64,000 nucleotides of DNA, taken from assembly GCA_965279375.1 (NCBI GenBank), contig OZ257156.1:384001-448000 (forward strand), in the 5' to 3' direction. The notes below the pieces were generated by a model, which searched no databases, was not told where the DNA came from, and worked only from the letters and a program-made list of their open reading frames with translations. Positions 57,008-64,000 of the stretch are shown here, piece after piece. The stretch's first letter is position 1. Each line of letters starts with the position of its first letter. Both the position numbers and the translations under genes were made by a program. Source of the stretch: Gemmatimonas sp. (GTDB taxonomy: Bacteria; Gemmatimonadota; Gemmatimonadetes; Gemmatimonadales; Gemmatimonadaceae).

Positions 57008-58768
57008 ATGACCCGGACTTCCCGGGAGGCCACGCGTCTCGTATTGAGCGTGCCGAGCTCGCACGTCCTGCTCGCGCTGACCGCGTACGTGGCGGTCGTG
57101 GTCGCAGCATTCGCGCTGCGCGATGCGCCCGCGGCGCGCGGTGTGACGATCAGTCTTGCCTTCGTCGCCTTCACCAGTGCGGCGCTTTACTTCAACGCGC
57201 GTCGTGTTCGCAGCGAAGTGGATGGCCGCGCGGGCTGGCTCCTGATCTCATTCGCTGGCGCCGTCGCCATTCTGTTCGAGCTCACGCTCGCGGCCGAAGC
57301 GGCCTTTCCGAGCGTCATCGCACCATCTCCGGCACTCTGGCTCACGCAGTCGCTGCTGTCCAACCTCGCGATGTCGGTGGGCATTCTGCTGCTGCCCTAC
57401 GGCACCGAGTCGGTGCGTCATCGCACGCGCATGGCGTGCGATGCGTTCGCGTTCTTCGTCGGGGCGTTTCTCGTCTTCTGGGTGGTCGGCGGGCGTCGCG
57501 AAGTGTACGACTCCGCCCAGCCGCTGCTGACGCGCGTGGAAGCGCTGGTGAGCTACAGCTTCAACGCGCTCGAACTGGGGATCGTGATCTACATCGGCTC
57601 GCGTGCGATGCAGCGATTCCGTGGCCCGCTCGGCTGGTTCCTGCTGGCCTTCTCGGCGCTCACCATCGGATCCGCGGTCGTGGCCTTCGCGCGCGTGCGC
57701 GGCGAGCCGAGTGTCGGCAGCGCAGGTGAACTGGTGCAGATGCTTGCGTTCCCGTTCTTCGTGCTGGCGCCGTTGTCGAAACAGCCGCGGCGCATGGCGT
57801 GGCGCGACGAAGCGTCGCTGGCTGGCGATCTGCTCACTTACGGACCGGTGATGCTGGCGATGCTGATCGTACTGCCCGCAAGCATCGCCTCGGGCACCTC
57901 CGACTTCGTGCTGGTTGCCGGCGTACCACTGCTCGCGTTTCTGCTCCTCTTCCGGCAATTCCTCGCCGTGCGCGATGTGCGCGACCTGAGCCGCACACTC
58001 GAGCAGCGCGTGCTGGAGCGAACCGAGGCGCTGCGTCGGAGTGAGCAGGCGCTGGCGCAGGCGAAGCGTTTGGAAGCGGTCGGTCGCGTCGCCGGCGGCG
58101 TGGCCCACGACTTCAACAACGTGCTGCACGCCATCCAGCTCGCCGCGAGCACGATGGAAGACTCCCCGCAGACGGAGCCTTGGCGCACGGAGCTCAACAT
58201 CATTCGCGATGCCACGCGCACCGGTGCGTCGTTGGCGCGCGAAGTGCTCGACTTCTCCAAACCGGAGCTGGCCGCCGACGAGGACGCGAGCGTAGCCGAC
58301 TCGTTGCGCGCACTCGAGTGGATGCGACACCAGCTTGGCCAGCGACACATTCGCTACGACGTCACGCTGCCGTCGGAGTCGGTGCATGTGCGGCTGGCGC
58401 GCACGCGCCTCGAGCAGGTGCTCGCCAACCTGATCACGAATGCACGCGATGCAGTGGCCGACGGTGGCTCGATTCGCGTCACCGCCGAGCGCACCTGGGT
58501 GGACGACGGCTCGGCGGCGGAGGAGCTGGGGATCCCGTCGGGAGCATACGTGCGGCTCACCGTGGCAGACGACGGCGCGGGGATCGCGGAGGAAGTCATG
58601 CCGCAGATCTTCGAGCCGTATTTCACGACCAAGACGGAGAATGCGGGGACCGGGCTCGGCTTGGCGACCTGCTACAACGTGGTGCGTCGCGCGGGGGGGA
58701 CGGTGACCGTGACGTCCACCCCGGGTGGCGGGGCGACCTTTGATGTGCTGTTGCCGACGGTGGTCTAG
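57008..58768 (+). CDS. Multi-TM sensor histidine kinase (HDFNN class), no receiver domain
   Basis: About 9 [46 protein letters not shown]. Confidence 0.9.
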   Translation: MTRTSREATRLVLSVPSSHVLLALTAYVAVVVAAFALRDAPAARGVTISLAFVAFTSAALYFNARRVRSEVDGRAGWLLISFAGAVAILFELTLAAEAAFPSVIAPSPALWLTQSLLSNLAMSVGILLLPYGTESVRHRTRMACDAFAFFVGAFLVFWVVGGRREVYDSAQPLLTRVEALVSYSFNALELGIVIYIGSRAMQRFRGPLGWFLLAFSALTIGSAVVAFARVRGEPSVGSAGELVQMLAFPFFVLAPLSKQPRRMAWRDEASLAGDLLTYGPVMLAMLIVLPASIASGTSDFVLVAGVPLLAFLLLFRQFLAVRDVRDLSRTLEQRVLERTEALRRSEQALAQAKRLEAVGRVAGGVAHDFNNVLHAIQLAASTMEDSPQTEPWRTELNIIRDATRTGASLAREVLDFSKPELAADEDASVADSLRALEWMRHQLGQRHIRYDVTLPSESVHVRLARTRLEQVLANLITNARDAVADGGSIRVTAERTWVDDGSAAEELGIPSGAYVRLTVADDGAGIAEEVMPQIFEPYFTTKTENAGTGLGLATCYNVVRRAGGTVTVTSTPGGGATFDVLLPTVV

Positions 58769-58941
58769 CGCCGAGCGGTTCTTCGAGACGCGACCACGCG
58801 CCGTGGTTTGAGAGCGACGCCGTGAGCAGCGTCGCGGTTATGCGTAGCGTTCGCGAGGGGTCAGCCGTAGCATGACACAGAGGTCGCTCCCGTCATCTGG
58901 GCGGGAACGCGGCGCTCGCGTCCATTCTCCGACCGCTGACC

Positions 58942-60903
58942 GTGCTCCGGACCAACCCTGTTTCCCGAATCTCGCGCGCGCTGGCGCCGGCTTTCGCATG
59001 CGCACTCGCGCTATCGTCCGCCGCCCAGACTGCCCAGGCACAAGCACCCAAGCCCGCTGCCAAGTCCAAGTCAGCCCCGGTGAAGCCGGTCTGGCCAGAC
59101 GAAGGCCCGATGACGTGGGCGCCGCGGCCGACGACCGCCGAGATCACGGCCAACGACCTGCGGACGCGCCTGTACGGGTTCGCGGACGACTCGATGATGG
59201 GTCGACGGATCGGAGAGCTGGGGAACTACAAGGCGACCGACTACATCGCCCGTGAGTTCAAGCGACTGGGGCTCAAGCCGGCCGGCGACAACGGCGGGTA
59301 CTTCCAGGAGATGCCCTTTGGCCCGATCGGCTTCGACAGTGCCACCATCGCGCTGACGGTGGGCGGGAAGCCGCTGGCGGTGCGCTCCGATTGGGTGCCG
59401 ATGTCCCCGACGGCAACGAATGGTTTTGGCGGCAAGGCAGCGATGGCCGGCGCGACGGCAGTGTTCGCCGGTCGCTGGGGCGACACGACGGTTGCGCTCG
59501 ATCCCGCGGTGTTCTCGGGCAAGGTCGCGGTCTTCGTCGCGACATCAGCGAATCTGACTGCGCTGGGTCCAGTGGCTGGAAGAGGTGCCGGTGCTGGCGC
59601 TGTGGTGCTTCGATGTGACTCGGTACCGGACAAGTTTGGTGCGGCCGCTGCGGCGGCGGTTGAGGCCAAGGCGCGCGAGACGGCCGCGGCGACGGCGGCG
59701 GCTGGGCGTGGCGGACGGGCTGGCGGCGCGGGTGCGCCAGCAGTTCGGGCAGGCGCGGCGGCAGATCCGCGGGCGGCTGCCGCAGGCGCGATCGGCATCC
59801 TGATTGTTTCGCCGGAGCCGATGAGCACGACGTCACCGTCACCGTTCACCGCACGCATGGCGATGCAACCAACGGGCGCTGCGACCACGGCCGCCGGCAT
59901 TGCGGCGGCCACGATTTCGCCCGCGGCGGCGGCCACGGTCTTCGGCAAGCCCGTCGACCAGCTCTCCGTTGGCGCGGCAGGCCAGACCGTGGGCGGGTCG
60001 TGGAGCTACGAGTGGCGCATGTCCAAGACGCCGGCCCGAAATGTCGTCGCGATCCTTCCGGGCTCGGACCCGGCTCGGGCCAGCGAGTACGTCCTGGTGG
60101 GTGCCCACAACGATCATGTCGGCGTCAACGCCGTGGCGGTGGACCATGACTCGCTCCGCGCGGTGAACACGGTCACGCGCCGACAGGGCCAGAACGATCC
60201 CGTTTGCCGCCCCACCGTCGCCCAGCAACAGCAGATCGACTCACTGATCAAGCGTGCCCGGAGCATCCGGGCGCCCCGTCGCGATTCGATCATGAACGGC
60301 GCCGACGACGATGGCTCCGGCACGGTGGTGCTGCTGGAAATCGCCGAGAAGTTCGCGAAGGAGAAGCCGGCCCGTTCGATCATCTTCGTGTCGCATGAAG
60401 GCGAGGAAGCCGGACTGCTCGGCTCCAAGTGGTTCACCGATCATCCGTCGGTCCCTCTCACGTCCATCGTTGCCGCGCACAACATGGACATGCTGGGCAA
60501 GGGGCGCGCGGACCAGGTGAAGTTCGGCGGCCCGACATCGGTCCAGATGCTGGGGGCGCGCCGAGCCTCGCGCGAGTTCGGCGACGTGATCGATTCAGTG
60601 AACGCCGTCCGCGAAGAGACGATGGCGATCGACAAGACGTGGGACGTGGTGGCCAACCCCATGAACCGCTTCTGCCGCAGCGACCAGGTGAACTATGTCT
60701 ACCACAACGTGCCGGTGACGTACTTCTCGCTGGGCTACGCGCAGGACTATCACCAGCCCACGGACGAGCCGCAGTACATCCAGTACGAGCACTCGGCGCG
60801 GCTGGGACGGTTCATCCACGACGTGATGATGGCCATCGCGAATCGGAAGGATCGATTGGCGCTGACCGGGCCGGACGCGGCGTACCCGACCTGCCGGTTC
60901 TGA
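58942..60903 (+). CDS. Secreted M28-family aminopeptidase with PA-like insertion
   Basis: ADDSMMGR, VGAHNDH, NGADDDGSG, GEEAGLLGS, NMDM, RSD, YHQPTD. Confidence 0.9.
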   Translation: MLRTNPVSRISRALAPAFACALALSSAAQTAQAQAPKPAAKSKSAPVKPVWPDEGPMTWAPRPTTAEITANDLRTRLYGFADDSMMGRRIGELGNYKATDYIAREFKRLGLKPAGDNGGYFQEMPFGPIGFDSATIALTVGGKPLAVRSDWVPMSPTATNGFGGKAAMAGATAVFAGRWGDTTVALDPAVFSGKVAVFVATSANLTALGPVAGRGAGAGAVVLRCDSVPDKFGAAAAAAVEAKARETAAATAAAGRGGRAGGAGAPAVRAGAAADPRAAAAGAIGILIVSPEPMSTTSPSPFTARMAMQPTGAATTAAGIAAATISPAAAATVFGKPVDQLSVGAAGQTVGGSWSYEWRMSKTPARNVVAILPGSDPARASEYVLVGAHNDHVGVNAVAVDHDSLRAVNTVTRRQGQNDPVCRPTVAQQQQIDSLIKRARSIRAPRRDSIMNGADDDGSGTVVLLEIAEKFAKEKPARSIIFVSHEGEEAGLLGSKWFTDHPSVPLTSIVAAHNMDMLGKGRADQVKFGGPTSVQMLGARRASREFGDVIDSVNAVREETMAIDKTWDVVANPMNRFCRSDQVNYVYHNVPVTYFSLGYAQDYHQPTDEPQYIQYEHSARLGRFIHDVMMAIANRKDRLALTGPDAAYPTCRF

Positions 60904-61033
60904 TCCGGTTACCGGCCGGGCGCTTTGCTGGTCGGATACCGGTGAACTCCCGCTCGGCTCCCGGTTACAATACAGCGTGCTTCACGGCGCCCGACGTTCC
61001 CCGGGCGCCCGACCTTCTGAGAGCAATCGCCAT

Positions 61034-61759
61034 ATGGAATCGACCAATCCCGCGCTTCGTACACGTGCCCTTGATGAGCTGAGCCGCCGCGCAGTCGGCG
61101 ACGCCGCCATGACCGTAAGCGGCACCGCCACCAAGACGCTCATCCTGCTGTTGGCCACCGCGTTTTCCGCGGGTCTCGTTTGGACGAAGCCCGAGTCGTG
61201 GGGCGCCGCCATGATGTTCGGCAGCATTGGCGGATTGGTGCTCGCTCTGGCCACCTCGTTCAAGCCCACCTGGGCGCCCGTCACCGCCCCGCTCTATGCC
61301 GTGGTGGAGGGCCTCGCGCTGGGCGCGATCTCGGGTCTGTTCAACGCGCGCTTCGCCGGCCTGCCGATGATGGCTGTCTCGGCGACGCTCGTCACCGCAT
61401 TGCTCCTGTTCGCCGCGTACCGCGCGCGTCTGATCACCGTCACGGAGCGCATGCGTGCGGTCGCCAGCATGGCGTTGCTTGGACTGCTCGCCACGTATCT
61501 CGTGCAGTTCGTGCTCGGCTTCTTCAACATCGCCGTCCCGTTCATCAACGGCGGCGGCATGCTGGGGATCGGTTTCAGCCTGTTCAGCACCGGCCTGGCG
61601 GCGTTCTTCCTGTTGCTCGACATGGATCGCGTGGAGCAGATGGTGCGCTCCGGCATGCCCAAGTCGATGGAGTGGTACGGCGCCTTCGGCTTCCTCGTGA
61701 CGCTGATCTGGCTCTACATCGAAATGCTCAAGCTCCTGAACAAGCTCAATCGGCGCTAA
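61034..61759 (+). CDS. Bax inhibitor-1 / YccA-family membrane protein
   Basis: S.NP start, MTVSGT..KT, YAVVEGL.LG, LLLDMD, EWYGAFGFLVTLIWLYIEML. Confidence 0.9.
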   Translation: MESTNPALRTRALDELSRRAVGDAAMTVSGTATKTLILLLATAFSAGLVWTKPESWGAAMMFGSIGGLVLALATSFKPTWAPVTAPLYAVVEGLALGAISGLFNARFAGLPMMAVSATLVTALLLFAAYRARLITVTERMRAVASMALLGLLATYLVQFVLGFFNIAVPFINGGGMLGIGFSLFSTGLAAFFLLLDMDRVEQMVRSGMPKSMEWYGAFGFLVTLIWLYIEMLKLLNKLNRR

Positions 61760-61783
61760 GCACGCGCGCACGACCGCAGTTCC

Positions 61784-61826
61784 CCACCGGCGAAGATCTG
61801 TCTCAACGACGGGTCTTCGCCGGTGG
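61784..61826. terminator. Hairpin with the DUF2490-like gene's stop codon in its loop
   Basis: ccaccggcgaaga (61784-61796) / tcttcgccggtgg (61814-61826), a 13-bp perfect stem; stop TCA at 61803-61805. Confidence 0.6.
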
Positions 61827-62582
61827 CGCATAGTTGAGCAGCATCACGAGCGTGCCGTTGTTCTCCGACGCGCGCAGTCGCGGCACCGCGATCCACTGCT
61901 GCATCCAGAGTGCATCCACGCGATACGTGCTCGACAGCGGGATGCCCGCCCCGACCGAAAAGCGATTCTGATCCACCGAGACGCCGCGGTCTACGCTGGA
62001 CAAACCGACGAAGAGTTCGTTCTGGACGATCGCTAACGGCGCCTTGCCGCGCAGCGACAGCGCGGGCACCGGATGCGAGAAGCGTTGCAGCGAACGCACG
62101 CGCCGACTGTAGCGCGCCTTACTGAGATAGTTATCGCCATTGGCGCTGGTGCGTACGTCGGCAATCCAGCGCGCCTCCAGACGAAAGCGGTGCATGATGT
62201 CGAAATCGCCCGCCTTCTGATTGAGCTGCAGCAGGGCGAAGGCCTGCCGCTCACGGGTGGGATACGGCAGCGGCAGTTCACCATACGTGGCCGTCGCGAC
62301 GCGATTGATTCCTGCTCCCAGTCGAAGCCCCGGTCGCAGCCGATACGTCACGCTGCCACGCGTGAGCAACTGCTGCGGCTTGTCACCCAATCCGGTCCGA
62401 CGCCAACTCAGATCGCCGAGGAATGCGACACGGTCGGTGATGGGCCGATCGACCGCCAGCGTAAGCCAAGTGTGCTCCGCTCGCACGGTGCGCCAGTCGC
62501 TGTCGGTTTGTGCCGCAACTTCGTGCGGCAGCAGTGCCAGACCAACCACGGTCGCCGCTGTCGCGAATGCACTTCGGGCCAT
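61803..62582 (-). CDS. DUF2490-like outer-membrane beta-barrel protein
   Basis: Signal peptide; QQLLTR, HRFRLEARW, NELF, DQNRFSVGAG. Confidence 0.75.
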   Translation of the reverse strand: MARSAFATAATVVGLALLPHEVAAQTDSDWRTVRAEHTWLTLAVDRPITDRVAFLGDLSWRRTGLGDKPQQLLTRGSVTYRLRPGLRLGAGINRVATATYGELPLPYPTRERQAFALLQLNQKAGDFDIMHRFRLEARWIADVRTSANGDNYLSKARYSRRVRSLQRFSHPVPALSLRGKAPLAIVQNELFVGLSSVDRGVSVDQNRFSVGAGIPLSSTYRVDALWMQQWIAVPRLRASENNGTLVMLLNYAPPAKTRR

Positions 62583-62588
62583 CGCGTC

Positions 62589-64000
62589 TCACTCCGTCTG
62601 GGATCGTTCAAGCGCGACGACTCGCGCCTCGAGTTGCTGGAACTGCTCCAGTGAGACTAACGCAGTGCGCCGATCACCCACTTCCGCGAACGGTGCGTTC
62701 GCTGGTACGGATGCGGCGGGGCCACCTGCGCGCGGCACCGACGACGCGGGCGTCAACTGCACCGCCGTCACGCGACCGCTCGAGGCTCCCCCGGCACGCC
62801 GCTCCACGCGGCGCAACACACTGCCACCGAGCGGCCCGAGCCAGAAGGCGCGCATCAGCCATTCGCCCGGAGGCCGACGCAGCGGACTACGGACCAGGCT
62901 GACGATGGTGAGTCCCCGAATCACCGCAATCGCGTACAACATGATCGAACCGGGCAGCTTCACCCCGTACCAGTCGGGACGGAGTTCGACACGCTGGTAC
63001 TTGAAGACGTACCACTTCATCACGAGGGTGGATGCGAAGAGCAGCACGCTGACGATCACCTGCTTGCGACGTCGTGCCACCACGCGCGCGTCCGCACGGA
63101 GCTGCGCCCGATCGGCGTCGCGTTCGGCGAGAATCGCAGTGAGGCCTCGCTGGGTCTCGGACACGCCAAATCCGCGTAGCGCGAGGCGTCGCGCCTGCTC
63201 CAGCGTCTGCGTCAGACGTCCCCACACCACCGCCGCGAACATCACGACCGGCAGAATGATGTCCAGGTTGCCGTTGTAGAGGCGCCCGAGCGCCACGTAC
63301 AGCAGCACGCCCATTACCAGACCACCGCCAAGCACGAGCCCCGCTTGCGAGGCCTCCTCGGCGAAGAGGCGGATAGGCAGCGGGACCTCGGGGCCAGCCA
63401 GCTTGGCGGCGTCGAGGGTATCCACCAGCTCTTCCGCGTTGGCGAAGCGCGCGGCGGGATCCTTCTGCACGCAACGGTCGATCGCGTCGGCCAGCGGACG
63501 CGGCAGATCGGTGCGTTGCTCGAGTACCGGCGGCACCTGCTCGGTCAGCTGCTTGACCAGCACCTTCTGCGTGTTCTCGCCGCTGATCGCCAAGTGGGCC
63601 GTTGCCGCGAACCACGCGACGAGCCCCAGCGAGTACAGATCACTACGGCCATCCAGTGCGTCCCCCGCAGCCTGTTCGGGGCTCATGAACTCCGGTGTTC
63701 CGACGATCTCCCCGACGCGCGTGAGGCCCTGCGCCGCCGCAGGCGCCGCGATGGTGCGGGAGATGCCGAAATCCATCAGCAGAGCGCGACCGGTGGCCCG
63801 CTCCAACATGATGTTGTCGGGCTTGATGTCGCGGTGCACGACGCCCCGCCCATGCGCATACGCCAGCGCGTAACCGACGTCCTGCAGCAGTCGCACCAGC
63901 TCCTTCACACTCAACGCGCCGGCACGCTTCACCCGTTCAGCAAGACTCTCCCCTTCCACGTAACCCATGGCGAAGGCGAGCAGCCCGTCTTGGTCTTCCA
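62589..64000 (-). CDS. Hanks-type Ser/Thr protein kinase with C-terminal TM segments (5'-truncated by the window edge)
   Basis: MGYVEGESL, HRDIKPDN, MDFG, GTPEFMSPEQ, SDLYSLG. Confidence 0.93.
   Translation of the reverse strand, partial: EDQDGLLAFAMGYVEGESLAERVKRAGALSVKELVRLLQDVGYALAYAHGRGVVHRDIKPDNIMLERATGRALLMDFGISRTIAAPAAAQGLTRVGEIVGTPEFMSPEQAAGDALDGRSDLYSLGLVAWFAATAHLAISGENTQKVLVKQLTEQVPPVLEQRTDLPRPLADAIDRCVQKDPAARFANAEELVDTLDAAKLAGPEVPLPIRLFAEEASQAGLVLGGGLVMGVLLYVALGRLYNGNLDIILPVVMFAAVVWGRLTQTLEQARRLALRGFGVSETQRGLTAILAERDADRAQLRADARVVARRRKQVIVSVLLFASTLVMKWYVFKYQRVELRPDWYGVKLPGSIMLYAIAVIRGLTIVSLVRSPLRRPPGEWLMRAFWLGPLGGSVLRRVERRAGGASSGRVTAVQLTPASSVPRAGGPAASVPANAPFAEVGDRRTALVSLEQFQQLEARVVALERSQTE

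Noticed and set aside
1..64000. CRISPR array, tRNA/rRNA genes, IS elements, prophage or defence island
   Set aside because: No repeat-spacer arrays, cloverleaf signatures, transposase, integrase or phage structural genes were recognised by eye; dedicated scans were not run.

Overview
A 64-kb, high-GC, gene-dense bacterial chromosomal segment. Its gene content (SusC/SusD pair, carboxypeptidase-regulatory-like/plug proteins, several secreted peptidases, a eukaryote-like Ser/Thr kinase) suggests Gemmatimonadota, which is an inference and not proof. I see no rRNA, tRNA, CRISPR array, integrase, transposase or phage genes. In order it encodes: SusD/SusC; PhoD; a CPA2 antiporter and a GNAT; a VIT-vWA / ECF sigma / zinc anti-sigma operon; a TipA/AlbA-like MerR regulator with a clear MerR promoter; a DUF6544-like protein; a barrel-less TonB-plug protein; ChaN; a PD40-amidohydrolase with an M28 peptidase; an ABA4-like gene pair; a VPS10/BNR protein; a Zn alcohol dehydrogenase; a KdpE-like regulator with a shortened KdpD-like kinase; a DUF4956 / CotH-like pair opposite an alkaline-phosphatase-family lipoprotein; an HNH nuclease; an MCP and a PAS-GGDEF-EAL protein with sigma28-like promoters; a fused 2-oxoacid dehydrogenase E1 divergent from paaG-H-I-J-Y-Z; two orphan histidine kinases around an amidohydrolase; a second M28 peptidase; YccA; a DUF2490-like protein; and a partial Ser/Thr kinase. 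The most interesting observations are: (1) a histidine kinase with an ETR1-type ethylene-binding domain ([12 protein letters not shown]); (2) a tipA-like promoter/operator plus a possible internal start for a drug-binding short form; (3) E1 linked to the paa lower pathway; (4) recurrent hairpins that straddle stop codons at convergent gene junctions; (5) an unannotated ORF with a probable CTG start. Family assignments come from motif recognition only; no database search was run.
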